A DNA stretch of 64,000 bases from a bacterium (GCA_027487075.1 JAIYEG010000006.1:4468-68467); one strand, 5' to 3'. Positions 46,373 to 56,944 are shown, counted from the stretch's first letter. The notes: a model not told the origin generated them from the letters alone. Translations and numbers: made by a program.

Positions 46373-47473
46373 CTATTCTTCTGATTCAGCAGGACCTCCT
46401 TCATCCTGATTGCGAGATGAAAGATTCTTGTCGAGAGCGCCTTCTTTAAGTTTGGTGCGGATGTGGTTGAGAATTTCGTTAGTGAGTTTGGTATTTTCGC
46501 GGAGGAATTGGCGGGTGGCATCGTATCCACGGCCTAGCTTCACCTCGCCGTATGAGTATGAGCTCCCAGACTTTTGGATGAGCTTCATGCTTTCGCCAAG
46601 AGCGATGATTTCGCCTTCCCGTGATATTCCCTCGTTGTACATGAGGTCGAATTCGGTCTGTTTGAATGGGGGAGCAACTTTGTTCTTCACGACTTTCACG
46701 CGCACACGACCTCCCATGACTTCATCACCTTTCTTGATCTGCGCAATACGACGGATATCAATACGTACTGAAGTGTAAAACTTGAGAGCTTTTCCTCCGG
46801 GGGTAGTTTCTGGGTTTCCGAACATCACCCCAATCTGCATACGAATTTGGTTGATGAAGATGACAATGGTCTTTGAGCGGGCAACGATGGCGGTGAGCTT
46901 GCGGAGTGCTTGAGACATAAGGCGTGCTTGCTTGCCCACATGATGTGCTCCCATATCTCCCTCGATCTCGTCTTTAGGGGTAAGGGCAGCAACTGAGTCG
47001 ATGACAATAACATCAAGCTTACCTGATCGTACAAGACTCTCTACAATTTCGAGAGCTTGTTCACCTGTGTCTGGCTGTGAGATGAGGAGTTCGTCAATCT
47101 TCACTCCAAGGCGACCTGCGTACACAGGATCCATGGCATGTTCAGCGTCGATGAAAGCACAGATACCACCTTTCTTTTGTGCTTCTGCAATCACGTGAAG
47201 AGTGAGAGTGGTCTTACCAGATGATTCAGGACCAAAGATTTCGACAATGCGTCCGCGGGGAAGTCCTCCTACGCCAAGTGCGGCATCAAGGCCGATAGAT
47301 CCGGTAGAGATAGCATCAACGTCGACCTTGGTTTTTTCACCAAGCATCATGATTGAATCGTCGCCAAATTTGCTTTTGATTTCGTTCAGGGTTGCCTGAA
47401 TATTTCCAGAACCTCGTTCTCGTGCTTCATTTTTTTCTTCGGCTTTTTCACTTTTTCGTGTTTTTTTAGGCAT
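46373..47473 (-). CDS. recA: Recombinase RecA
   Basis: [27 protein letters not shown]. Confidence 0.98.
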   Translation of the reverse strand: MPKKTRKSEKAEEKNEARERGSGNIQATLNEIKSKFGDDSIMMLGEKTKVDVDAISTGSIGLDAALGVGGLPRGRIVEIFGPESSGKTTLTLHVIAEAQKKGGICAFIDAEHAMDPVYAGRLGVKIDELLISQPDTGEQALEIVESLVRSGKLDVIVIDSVAALTPKDEIEGDMGAHHVGKQARLMSQALRKLTAIVARSKTIVIFINQIRMQIGVMFGNPETTPGGKALKFYTSVRIDIRRIAQIKKGDEVMGGRVRVKVVKNKVAPPFKQTEFDLMYNEGISREGEIIALGESMKLIQKSGSSYSYGEVKLGRGYDATRQFLRENTKLTNEILNHIRTKLKEGALDKNLSSRNQDEGGPAESEE

Positions 47474-47519
47474 GTCTGTAGTTTAGGTTAGGGTGAGTAA
47501 AATTCTTGATAAGGAAGGT

Positions 47520-47876
47520 TCAATTAAGATTCAATTCGATTACTTTCTTCGTCTCCTTGTTGAACTTATCTTTCGCTTCAAGCTTTATTATATTATATCC
47601 CCGAAGAAGCACTAGCCTTTCGTTGAAATTTCCTTGCTCGTCGATATAGATAGGGGAGCCATTGAGGCTAATTTCTTTAATATTAGTGGCAATGCCAGCA
47701 AGCTTGACGAGAGGCTCTGACACGCTTCCTCCAAGTTGCACAGGTGAGGTGATCTTGATCTCAGGCCCCTCGACAATCTTACGTGCTTGGAATGCTGAAT
47801 AGCCGAGGATAACCACTAAAAGAGTAGTGAAGAAGCCTATGCGGAGCCATGTTTTTACATCTTTTCTATTAGTCAT
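47520..47876 (-). CDS. Single-TM protein with an Ig-like domain
   Basis: TM; GP.I.I.SP, LNG, GYN.I..EAKD. Confidence 0.7.
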   Translation of the reverse strand: MTNRKDVKTWLRIGFFTTLLVVILGYSAFQARKIVEGPEIKITSPVQLGGSVSEPLVKLAGIATNIKEISLNGSPIYIDEQGNFNERLVLLRGYNIIKLEAKDKFNKETKKVIELNLN

Positions 47877-50056
47877 TCTTCTTCTGGTGCTACTTCAGCA
47901 CTTCCTTGAAATCCGTACACCTCACGAGGTTTTGAGCCATTAGCGGGACCAATAACGCCTTTTTCCTCGAGAATATCCATAAGCCGGGCAGCACGACCGT
48001 ATCCGATGCTAAGCTTTCGTTGGAGATATGAGGTAGAAGCTTTGCCTGATTTAATGACAAGGTCTTTAGCTTCTTCATAGAGGTCGTCATCGGCCTCATC
48101 ATCTGCTTCGAGGCTAGTACCAAGGGTTGCATCAAAGAGGGCGTCTTTAGTGACTTGTTCGCCAGAAATGTTGATTTCAGAAGGGAGAGAGTCATAGTTG
48201 TCGGCAAGATATTTTACTACTTCCTTTACTTCGCTTTCGCTAATATAGGCAGATTGGATACGTTCAGGGTTAGGAGCTTTGCTTGAGAGATAGAGCATGT
48301 CTCCAGCTCCAAGGAGTTCTTCAGCACCTCGCATATCAAGAATGGTACGTGAGTCGATCTGTGAAGCCACCTGAAGAGCAATACGTGAGGGTACATTTGC
48401 CTTAATGAGACCGGTGATGACGTTCACCGAAGGACGCTGGGTTGAAAGAATGAGGTGAATACCGACAGCACGTGACATCTGGGCAAGGCGCACAATAGCG
48501 GATTCAAGTTCGCGAGGGTAGGTCTGCATGATGTCAGCAAGCTCGTCGATAACCACGACGATGTAAGGCATGGTTTCTGGTACAGGATCACCTTCTTTCA
48601 CATTCTTCATGGCAGGAGCCAAGATAGTTTTGTGGTAGGAGCCAATGTCACGTACTGAACACTTTTCGAGGATGTTGTATCGTCTATCCATTTCTTTAGC
48701 TGCCCATTTAAGAGAAAGGATAGCTTTTTTAGCATCGGTGATGACGGGGGTGAGAAGGTGAGGGATCTTGTTGTAGAGGGTGAGCTCAACACGCTTAGGG
48801 TCGATCATAATGAAGCGAAGGTTGTCTGGAGAATTGCGGTAGAGGAGAGAAGTGATGATGGTATGGATGGTCACCGATTTACCTGAGCCTGTCGTACCAG
48901 CAATAAGGGTGTGGGGCATACCCGCAATGTCAGCAAAGTGTGATTTACCTGAAATACCTTTACCAAGCGAAGCCAGGAGAGGCTTATCAGAGTTTTGGAA
49001 CTCAGGGCTTGCAAGGAGTGTTCCGAGACCAACGGTCGTTTTGATACTGTTTGGAATTTCGATACCCACGAGTGATTTTCCTGGAATTGGTGCCTCGATA
49101 CGGATAGGGTGAGCGGCGAGAGCAAGGGAAAGATTATTTTGAAGACCTAAGATGCGCGAGAGCTTCACTCCTTCAGCGGGTTTGAGGGCATAGCGAGTAA
49201 CAGATGGTCCGATAGAGATTTCATCCATCTCAACATCGATGCCGAAGTTCTGTAGGGTGCGCTTGATGATGTTGGCGTTTGCTTTGATGTCTCCAACGCC
49301 AGGCTTTCCTTTATCGACTTCAAGAATTGAAAGTGGAGGAGGTACAAACTTTTTACCCATAAGAGTGAATGAAGGGGTGCCAATAGGCATATCATCCTTT
49401 GTCTTCTCCGGAGCAGTTTTTTTAGGCTCGGCTACTTTCTCAGGTCGGACTTCTTCGGCTTTTGCCTTCTCTGATTTAAGGATGGTATTTTCGACGCTCT
49501 TTTCGATATCATCATTATTTGTATTTCCAAGCGCTTTTGTTTTTGCGAGTACAGCCTCAGCTTTTTTGAAAGGTGTAATAAGCATCGAGAGATGAGAACG
49601 CTTGAGGCGGGTGTTGAAGATCACAAAACAAGAAATAAGCATGAACGCAATTAGAAGGGCAGATGCAACATAGGTATCAAAAGTGGAAATAAGGGGTACG
49701 CCGATTATGCGACCAACGACTCCTCCAAGATCGCGCGACATGATCTCCAGAAGACCAAGTCCTGACATTACAAAAAGAATAGATCCAAGGATGCGAGAAA
49801 GGGGGAATCGCTTTTCAACTTGGGTAAGGTATGAGAGTCCTAAAATGACAAAAATAATAGGGAGGAGATAGTAGCCGATTCCTGAAAGATGAGAAAGAGC
49901 GTTATAGGCTGCGGTACCCGCTGGGCCACCTTTTCCAAAAGGAGCAAGCATGAAAAAGAATGCAATAACAAAAAAACACACCGACCAAATTCCGTAGAGA
50001 GCCTCTTCCTTTAGAAGGGGATCACGCTCTTTTTTTTCTTTAGTTTTATTAGCCAT
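47873..50056 (-). CDS. ftsK: DNA translocase FtsK/SpoIIIE
   Basis: N-terminal TMs, AGTTGSGKS, IDELAD, TQRPS, gamma domain LQRKLSIGYGRAAR. Confidence 0.96.
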   Translation of the reverse strand: MANKTKEKKERDPLLKEEALYGIWSVCFFVIAFFFMLAPFGKGGPAGTAAYNALSHLSGIGYYLLPIIFVILGLSYLTQVEKRFPLSRILGSILFVMSGLGLLEIMSRDLGGVVGRIIGVPLISTFDTYVASALLIAFMLISCFVIFNTRLKRSHLSMLITPFKKAEAVLAKTKALGNTNNDDIEKSVENTILKSEKAKAEEVRPEKVAEPKKTAPEKTKDDMPIGTPSFTLMGKKFVPPPLSILEVDKGKPGVGDIKANANIIKRTLQNFGIDVEMDEISIGPSVTRYALKPAEGVKLSRILGLQNNLSLALAAHPIRIEAPIPGKSLVGIEIPNSIKTTVGLGTLLASPEFQNSDKPLLASLGKGISGKSHFADIAGMPHTLIAGTTGSGKSVTIHTIITSLLYRNSPDNLRFIMIDPKRVELTLYNKIPHLLTPVITDAKKAILSLKWAAKEMDRRYNILEKCSVRDIGSYHKTILAPAMKNVKEGDPVPETMPYIVVVIDELADIMQTYPRELESAIVRLAQMSRAVGIHLILSTQRPSVNVITGLIKANVPSRIALQVASQIDSRTILDMRGAEELLGAGDMLYLSSKAPNPERIQSAYISESEVKEVVKYLADNYDSLPSEINISGEQVTKDALFDATLGTSLEADDEADDDLYEEAKDLVIKSGKASTSYLQRKLSIGYGRAARLMDILEEKGVIGPANGSKPREVYGFQGSAEVAPEEE

Positions 50057-50127
50057 ATTTGCCTTATATGGTAACACATTCTTTTCTCACACTGTAATGA
50101 AACACACAATAAAATATGGCTCAATAT

Positions 50128-50823
50128 TGTCTTTTATAATGTCCTCTATATAATGGACCCAACTTTTACTTATTAAGGACATGGAAGAAAAAAAGACACA
50201 CCTCCCATCAGAAATTAAAGACATGTCTTTAATCATAAATAAGCCTTATATTGCTTATCTTTTTAAAAAGACACAAAAAATTGCCCAAGCACTCTACATG
50301 GTTTCTGAGTACTTCGATACCAAAGAACCACTGCGAGAAACATTCCGCAAAAACGCTACTTCATTGCTTCGTGCGGGGGGTGAATTTCTTCGTGGAGAAC
50401 TAAAGGACAATGAGGCGCAAGCGCACCAGTTGATGAGCTTCTACATCGAAGTACAAAGTGCTGTTGAAATTGCTGAAGCAGTAGGGTTGGTATCTTCTCG
50501 AAACGCTCAAATTCTTAAAGAACAGATTGCACTTGTATTAAATGAAATAGAGCATCACAAAGAAAAGAAGATTCAGCTTAGCGTGGACTTCATGAATGTC
50601 CCAAGTGTAGAAGAATATAAAAGACAGGATGTCCTTTATAAAGGACATGAGAGTGTCCTTGAGAAAAAAATCCTAACAACACCTCTTGTTGCTCAGACTC
50701 CAGAACGTAAAGATGTTTCTCGTGTCCTTTATAACCCTAAGCCGACTGCTGATTCAAAAGCACAACGATCAGTCCAGATCATTGCACTTTTTAAACCGGG
50801 TGCTGAACTCATGATTAAAGACA
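50128..50823. repeat. Cluster of about 12 TGTCYTTTAWA half-sites, including two 20-bp palindromes
   Basis: Sites at 50128, 50140, 50171(-), 50214-50233 palindrome, 50263(-), 50399(-), 50616(-), 50629-50648 palindrome, 50654, 50723, 50813(-). Confidence 0.75.
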
Positions 50824-50945
50824 TTACTACCCACTTGAAAGATGTCAGTGAAAAGACTGTTCAACGCGAATTACTCTCTTTGGTTGCTCGGGGAATTCTC
50901 AAGAAAAAGGGGGAGAGAAGGTGGAGTAAATACATGCTCAGATAG
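50181..50945 (+). CDS. Helical N-domain plus C-terminal winged HTH (DeoR-like) DNA-binding protein
   Basis: C-terminal IKDI..HL.DVSEKTVQRELLSLV.RGILKKKGERRWSKY. Confidence 0.8.
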   Translation: MEEKKTHLPSEIKDMSLIINKPYIAYLFKKTQKIAQALYMVSEYFDTKEPLRETFRKNATSLLRAGGEFLRGELKDNEAQAHQLMSFYIEVQSAVEIAEAVGLVSSRNAQILKEQIALVLNEIEHHKEKKIQLSVDFMNVPSVEEYKRQDVLYKGHESVLEKKILTTPLVAQTPERKDVSRVLYNPKPTADSKAQRSVQIIALFKPGAELMIKDITTHLKDVSEKTVQRELLSLVARGILKKKGERRWSKYMLR

Positions 50946-51064
50946 ATATACATATATATAAGTATATTTTGACTTTCGACCCCAAAACCTGTAAGATACC
51001 GCCAGATTTACCGTCATCAAATACGTAGGCGAAACGGCCCTAGTTTCTTAGGTATACACTTCGG

Positions 51065-51111
51065 TTATCCACAGAAACTATTTGCACCAGCAAAACCGTT
51101 CCGCTTATAAT
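51065..51111 (+). promoter_or_regulatory. DnaA box next to the sigma70 promoter of the surface-protein gene
   Basis: TTATCCACA (51065-51073); TTGCAC-N18-TATAAT (51082-51111). Confidence 0.5.
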
Positions 51112-51328
51112 AAAGCTTGCGACGACAGAACTTTGAAAAATCAATAGTAGACGTAAAGTAAGTTAGTTCCGCCCCACCTTATTCCGATATGACCGCACGA
51201 CAGATATTCCCCATCCCCTTTACAGCTCTTTTCATTGTTTTGTGTCGATAATAAAGCAATGAATTATGAAAAGAGTTTGTTCGGTATTATTAACAAAAAT
51301 TACTAATAAATATTTATTAAGTTTTATT

Positions 51329-53242
51329 ATGAAAAAATTTATCGTAAGTGTTAGCGCAGTTGCGCTCGCGCTTGCATTCACATTCAATGTGGCTGCTGCG
51401 CAGACCGTAACTACAACCACTACTACCACATCAAGTGCGTTCACTCGCAACTTGACTATCGGTAGTACTGGTGCAGATGTTTCTGCTCTTCAGGCCCTCC
51501 TTATTGCAGGTGGCAAGCTTCAGATCGCAGCTCCTACAGGTTACTTCGGAGCAATGACAAAGGCTGCTCTTGCATCATGGCAGGCATCAGTTGGAATTAC
51601 TCCAGCTTCAGGATACTTTGGTCCTAAGACCCGAGCATACGTAGCAACTATGGGCGGATCAACAACCGGTGGCTCAACCGTTCCAGGTTGTGTTGCAGGT
51701 GCAATGTTCAGCTCAACAACAGGAGCTCCTTGCTCAGGTTCAACTTCAGGAAGCTCATCTTCACTTAACGGTGGAGAGGCTTCACTAGAAGATTTCGACC
51801 TCGTTAGTGAAGATGATGCTGAGGAAGGAGAGAGCAAGGTTGAAGTTGCAACAGCTCGTTTCTACGCTCGTGATGCCGATGCTAAGCTCGACCGAGCTGA
51901 CTTCGAATTCGAGTCAACAGGAACTGGTTCAACAGACAACGAGCCTTGGAAAGTCTTCGAGAAGGCATACCTTATGATGGATGGAAAGACCATCGCAACA
52001 AAGGATGTTGACAATGAAGATGACTGGTCAGACGAGGGAAGTGACGTGTACCGCGTTCGATTCACTGGTCTTAACTCAGTTGTTAAGGAAGATAAACGAG
52101 CAGAAATTACTCTTGCTCTTGATGTAATGGATAACATCGATGATGCAGACAATGCTTCATGGGAAGTTACTGTTGCTGACGAAGGTATCCGAGCTATCGA
52201 TGGAGCAGGAATCGACCAGTACACTGGAGATGCTGCTGACACCGTAGCATTCGATATCAACGTTGCAGGAGAGAATGATGACCTTACATTCCGTGAGTCT
52301 TCAGACAATCCTTCAGCTCAGACATTCCGAGTTGATGCAGACCAGACTTCAGACTGGGCAACTGTCCTTAAGTTCGAAGCAGAAGCTGATGATTCAGGAG
52401 CTGATGTTCAGATTAAGAAGCTTCCTATCACCATCGACTTCAGCAACTCAGAGACTTATGCTCAGGTTGTAAACGATGCTAAGCTTGTTATTGACGGTGA
52501 AGACTACAATGATTTCGAAGTTGCTACTTCAACTAACGGATCAGCTGTTCTTGTCTTTGACCTTGATAATGGTGATGATGTAATTGTTGATGCTGGAGAA
52601 ACTCTTGATTTTGAGTTTGCACTTGAATTCAAGAAGACTACTCAGTACAACGAAGGCACAACTGTTACTGCAAACCTTACAGCTGTTAACGTAAACAACG
52701 TTGATGCAGAAGGAGCTGATGATCTTGATCAGGATGCTCTTAAGGGTTCAGTAGACGGAGAAGCATTCACACTTCGAACATCTGGAGTTACTGTAGAAAA
52801 GACAGCAGCAAGTGCAACAAGCGATGCTGGTCTTGATACCACAACTACTGATGACCAGGGTATGTACACTATCTCATTCGATGTCACTGGCTTCGAAGAA
52901 GATACTTATGTACAGCTCACAGCTGGACAGGGTTCAACAACAGGAGCAACCTTCCGTGTTGAGAACTCATCAAACATTGAAATTGCTTCAACAACTGGAA
53001 CCACAACTGCAGCTCTCGAGCTTGTATCAGGTGGAAGTCAGACTGGAAACTATGTTCGCATCAGCGATGGTCAGGTTGCTAAGTTCAAACTTACTGTAAA
53101 CTTTGACCCTGCTACAACTGCGTTCTACCGAGTACAGCTTGTAAGTGTGAACACAAACACTTCAGCATCTGCTCCTAACGTATTCCAGAATGTAGGACCA
53201 GAAGAAGAATTCCAAACAAATTCAATTCAGGTTCGAAACTAG
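51329..53242 (+). CDS. Secreted acidic surface (S-layer-like) protein with peptidoglycan-binding domain
   Basis: Signal peptide; LTIGSTGADVSALQ..GYFG..T..AL..WQ PG-binding motif; D/E/T-rich; strongly biased codon use. Confidence 0.8.
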   Translation: MKKFIVSVSAVALALAFTFNVAAAQTVTTTTTTTSSAFTRNLTIGSTGADVSALQALLIAGGKLQIAAPTGYFGAMTKAALASWQASVGITPASGYFGPKTRAYVATMGGSTTGGSTVPGCVAGAMFSSTTGAPCSGSTSGSSSSLNGGEASLEDFDLVSEDDAEEGESKVEVATARFYARDADAKLDRADFEFESTGTGSTDNEPWKVFEKAYLMMDGKTIATKDVDNEDDWSDEGSDVYRVRFTGLNSVVKEDKRAEITLALDVMDNIDDADNASWEVTVADEGIRAIDGAGIDQYTGDAADTVAFDINVAGENDDLTFRESSDNPSAQTFRVDADQTSDWATVLKFEAEADDSGADVQIKKLPITIDFSNSETYAQVVNDAKLVIDGEDYNDFEVATSTNGSAVLVFDLDNGDDVIVDAGETLDFEFALEFKKTTQYNEGTTVTANLTAVNVNNVDAEGADDLDQDALKGSVDGEAFTLRTSGVTVEKTAASATSDAGLDTTTTDDQGMYTISFDVTGFEEDTYVQLTAGQGSTTGATFRVENSSNIEIASTTGTTTAALELVSGGSQTGNYVRISDGQVAKFKLTVNFDPATTAFYRVQLVSVNTNTSASAPNVFQNVGPEEEFQTNSIQVRN

Positions 53243-53272
53243 TTCTCTAGCGTAAGCTTTAGAAGGTAGATT

Positions 53273-53308
53273 CAACAAAAACACCCCGAAAGGGGTGTTT
53301 TTGTTTGC
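53273..53308 (+). terminator. Intrinsic terminator
   Basis: AAAAACACCCC-GAAA-GGGGTGTTTTT. Confidence 0.9.
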
Positions 53309-53339
53309 CTAATTTTTGAAATCACCTATAATCAATTAT

Positions 53340-53774
53340 ATGAAATCATTCTTTGTATCAATAAGTGCCATTGTATTATTACTAGTTAGTGTGCAACATG
53401 CTCGCGCTGAAATTGCGGTATCAAATGTATTACAAAAAGTATCTTTTGATCTTGAACTTACCGAAACAGCGAATATAAAGAATACCAATAAAACTATTTT
53501 TACTTTCAATGCAAAAAATATTAAAAATTCTACGGCTATCAACTCATGGTCTATTGTTCTCTATTGCCCACAGTACATATCAGTCAGTGTGAATAAGGGA
53601 ATAGGTAACGATTGTGGAAAGGAAATCATCTTGCCAAAGACAGTCTCGCCATCTTTCTATCTTTTGTTTGAATCACAAAATAGGCGTCCCGCAGAATTCT
53701 TTTTTAGAATGAAGGCTCTCGATGTAAACGGTCGTCGCCTCGATGTAGAAAAACAAAACTTTAATTGGAAATAA
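53340..53774 (+). CDS. Secreted hypothetical protein
   Basis: Signal peptide ending ARA-E; two Cys. Confidence 0.65.
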   Translation: MKSFFVSISAIVLLLVSVQHARAEIAVSNVLQKVSFDLELTETANIKNTNKTIFTFNAKNIKNSTAINSWSIVLYCPQYISVSVNKGIGNDCGKEIILPKTVSPSFYLLFESQNRRPAEFFFRMKALDVNGRRLDVEKQNFNWK

Positions 53775-53872
53775 TGCTAGATCGCACCGCACTTCGTTTC
53801 ATTGCTGCTTTTGTCTCCATCATCGCCCTCAGTTTTATTTTTGCTGGGGTGGTGCGGTTTATTGAGATTTGA
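53774..53872 (+). CDS. 32-aa single-TM microprotein
   Basis: TAATG coupling; MLDRTALRFIAAFVSIIALSFIFAGVVRFIEI. Confidence 0.45.
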   Translation: MLDRTALRFIAAFVSIIALSFIFAGVVRFIEI

Positions 53873-53918
53873 TATTTTCTTAAAGCTGGTTTGATGTGTG
53901 TTTGTCCATACTGTGGAC

Positions 53919-56627
53919 ATGCACACATTTTTATATACATTATTTCGATCGGCTCTGGTTTTTATTATGTTATGTGGCGGGCTTTATGGGGTTGCACATG
54001 CAGATACTGAGCTCGACTCTTTTTACAATACTGATCTCCGCTTAGAAAAAAGTGGTTCGCCATATGTTGTGCCCAATGGAGGAGTATACGTTGCCCCAGA
54101 CCATACGGTGACGATTGATCCTGGTGTTGAGGTGAGAGTTGGTTCAGGATGGTTCTATGTAGATGGCTCTACGCTTATTGTTGGAAGTTCAAGTTCTCAG
54201 GAAGGTGTGGTCATGAAGAGTGATAGTTCTTCACTCTGGCAAGGAATATACTTGTTGAATGCAACTGCTGATATGTATGCACTCACTATCAATGGAGCAC
54301 AAACCCCTGTTTTTGCGGTGAATAGTAGCACTACTATCAAGGGTGCTGTTATTGATGGTTCAGGTGTTACGAGTGGTTTAGAAAGAGGTCTTTCTTTTAT
54401 AGGAGGAACTTTCGATGTTGCCACATCGACAATATCGAATTGGGGATCAATGGGGATTTTCGCTGAGGATGCATCGGGTGGTATCGATAGAACTATAATT
54501 ACTAGGAACAGGGTGGGAGTACTTTACTCAGGAAACCACATTCACAATGTTCGTGGCAGACATAATGTATTTTCTGAAAACGACATATCCATTCAAAATG
54601 TAAACCAATTTACCGAACTAGACTTCAGGGATAATGAGTGGGGTACAGGAGGTGCTCCACAGGAGGGGAGTGTCATTGGGAGAGTGATAACTGGTTACGA
54701 ACCAGAAATACCTTGCTGTTCAAATGTGGTGTTTATTCCTGGTTTTGGGGGCTCACGACTCCATCTTGGGAATAATCAATTATGGGAACCAAATATCAAT
54801 GCGGATGTGAAGAAGTTGTACATGGATGAGAATGGGCAAAGTCTTGAGCAAGATGTTACGGTGGGTGAGATTATTAAAAAGACAAATTCATACGGACCAA
54901 TAGGAAGTTTTGATGTGTACCAGAGTTTTGCAAATACCATGGACTCACTGGTGTCCGGAGGACTAATACAATCTTGGAAGCCTCTCCCTTATGATTGGCG
55001 TAATAATATTGAAGAGGTGGCACAAGGAATGGTCGATAGTATTGAGCAGGTTGCTTCATCATCTAAAAATAAAAAGGTAACAATCGTTGCTCATAGTAAT
55101 GGTGGATTAGTCGCAAAAGCGCTCATAAAAATTTTCGAAGAACAAGGTAAAAGTAATTTGATCAATGAGCTTGTGCTTGTGGCGGTGCCACAGGTAGGCA
55201 CCCCAGAATCAATTGGCAGTCTGCTTCATGGCGATGGTCAAGAAAAGGGCCTTGGCTTTGTGATAAGTCAAAAAACCGCACGCACTTTTGGTGAACATGT
55301 TCCAAGTTCGTATGGTCTCATTCCTTCAGGTAGTTATTTTGATCAAAGTATAGATCCGGTAGTGAAGTTTAATTCAACAATCGATCAACTTACTGCATGG
55401 AGAGCTGCATACGGTGACAGTACTGATAGTAAGCATATGCTAAATAGATTTTTGCTGGGAGCGGAAGGAAGAGAAAAACCAAGTGAAGATGACTTATCTC
55501 AGCCGAATGTTTTGAATGAGCAACATCTATCTATTGCAGATGAAATGCATCAATCTCTCGATGGGTACCGCATTCCTTCATCGATAAAAGTGTCTCAAGT
55601 GTCTGGGTGGGGTATAAATACGGTCTCAGGTATTGAGTACTATGCTTCTAGACATTGTGGATTCACCAACTTCTTCTGCATTGGAAATACCGGTCTTGGA
55701 CTTGATCATAAAGCCCTACTCACGACAGATGGCGATGGAATTGTCGTAGCAAGTAGTTCAGTGGCAATGCGTGGTTCTAACATCAGTACTTATTACGTGA
55801 ATTTGTATTCAGAAAATGTAAACAGAGGAAAGAATAATAGTCATGCGATTATTCTTGAATCACCAAGTGTATTGAATCTCATTACTAATATCGTGAAAGG
55901 AAGTTCAACTAATCCGGTTGCGCATGTTTCAACCACAACTCCTAAGCAGTCATCTATCTCAAGTCTTCAAATTTCAATACATTCACCAGCAGATATTCAT
56001 GCATATGATACTCAGAGAAGACATACGGGAATTGTATACTCATCTTCAACCGATCTTATGATCGTGGAAGAACAGATTCCAAATAGTTCGTATGCGATGG
56101 TGGGTGAGGGTTCTTACATAAATGTTGTTGGAAACAGTGTCAAACGTGTCTCACTTCAGGGTACAGGGGTTGGTGTGTTTACACTTAATGTTGATAAAAA
56201 AGTAAATGGAGTGATGACATCAATTGAGTTTGTCGATATTCCAGTCACTGATGTAACCAAAGCTGAAGTACTAGTAGCCTCCAATCTTAGTCAAAGTTCG
56301 CTCGCGCTTGATGTTGAAGGCGATGGGAAAGTAGATAACGTTATCAAGCCTCAAAAAGAATGTGACGCCATTTTGTATCTAGAAATCCTTAAGAAACAGA
56401 TATATCTTCTAAAACTAAAGCCCTCGGTTGAAGCTAGGGTAATAGCAAAGATCGATAAGACAATAAAAGCTCTCACAAAAGAAAAAGTAAAAGTGGCAAC
56501 AAAACGACTTAGTCGATTTGGCTTACAACTCAATACCAAAAAGTGGAGCATCAAGCATCTTTCCGAATCTAATAGAAATGAGATACTTAAGAGCATAGAT
56601 GAAACACTCGATCTTCTCACGAATTGA
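53919..56627 (+). CDS. Secreted alpha/beta hydrolase (LCAT/lipase-like) with N-terminal beta-helix
   Basis: FIPGFGGSRL, PYDWR, AHSNGG nucleophile elbow, DGDGIV, H. Confidence 0.85.
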   Translation: MHTFLYTLFRSALVFIMLCGGLYGVAHADTELDSFYNTDLRLEKSGSPYVVPNGGVYVAPDHTVTIDPGVEVRVGSGWFYVDGSTLIVGSSSSQEGVVMKSDSSSLWQGIYLLNATADMYALTINGAQTPVFAVNSSTTIKGAVIDGSGVTSGLERGLSFIGGTFDVATSTISNWGSMGIFAEDASGGIDRTIITRNRVGVLYSGNHIHNVRGRHNVFSENDISIQNVNQFTELDFRDNEWGTGGAPQEGSVIGRVITGYEPEIPCCSNVVFIPGFGGSRLHLGNNQLWEPNINADVKKLYMDENGQSLEQDVTVGEIIKKTNSYGPIGSFDVYQSFANTMDSLVSGGLIQSWKPLPYDWRNNIEEVAQGMVDSIEQVASSSKNKKVTIVAHSNGGLVAKALIKIFEEQGKSNLINELVLVAVPQVGTPESIGSLLHGDGQEKGLGFVISQKTARTFGEHVPSSYGLIPSGSYFDQSIDPVVKFNSTIDQLTAWRAAYGDSTDSKHMLNRFLLGAEGREKPSEDDLSQPNVLNEQHLSIADEMHQSLDGYRIPSSIKVSQVSGWGINTVSGIEYYASRHCGFTNFFCIGNTGLGLDHKALLTTDGDGIVVASSSVAMRGSNISTYYVNLYSENVNRGKNNSHAIILESPSVLNLITNIVKGSSTNPVAHVSTTTPKQSSISSLQISIHSPADIHAYDTQRRHTGIVYSSSTDLMIVEEQIPNSSYAMVGEGSYINVVGNSVKRVSLQGTGVGVFTLNVDKKVNGVMTSIEFVDIPVTDVTKAEVLVASNLSQSSLALDVEGDGKVDNVIKPQKECDAILYLEILKKQIYLLKLKPSVEARVIAKIDKTIKALTKEKVKVATKRLSRFGLQLNTKKWSIKHLSESNRNEILKSIDETLDLLTN

Positions 56628-56895
56628 CAAAATTGTATGGGTGATTTTACTTGTCACTATCTTTGGAATACTACTTAGTTTCCTTGTTGACCCTGGAATT
56701 TGGCTTGGAGGAACTATCTATTTGTATCCTCTGCCATTCTTTATTACATGGTACTTCTTGGTAAGGAATATAGTTGCTGGTAAGGGTGCAAATCGTATGA
56801 TGATTAGAGGATTTATTACTGGAATGTTATGGTGTATTGCGATGTATTTTTTGGTCTCATATATAATGAGTGATTATCAAATCAGGATGGTATAG
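56599..56895 (+). CDS. Small 3-TM membrane protein
   Basis: Hydrophobic ORF overlapping the hydrolase stop. Confidence 0.55.
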   Translation: MKHSIFSRIDKIVWVILLVTIFGILLSFLVDPGIWLGGTIYLYPLPFFITWYFLVRNIVAGKGANRMMIRGFITGMLWCIAMYFLVSYIMSDYQIRMV

Positions 56896-56944
56896 TGAAG
56901 GGAGGTAATTGACACCACCTCGTTTCTCCGGTATATTCTCTTCA

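Noticed and set aside
50942-51111. oriC
   Set aside because: Only one DnaA box, no dnaA/dnaN, and gene orientation is mostly + on both sides; kept only as a low-interest finding
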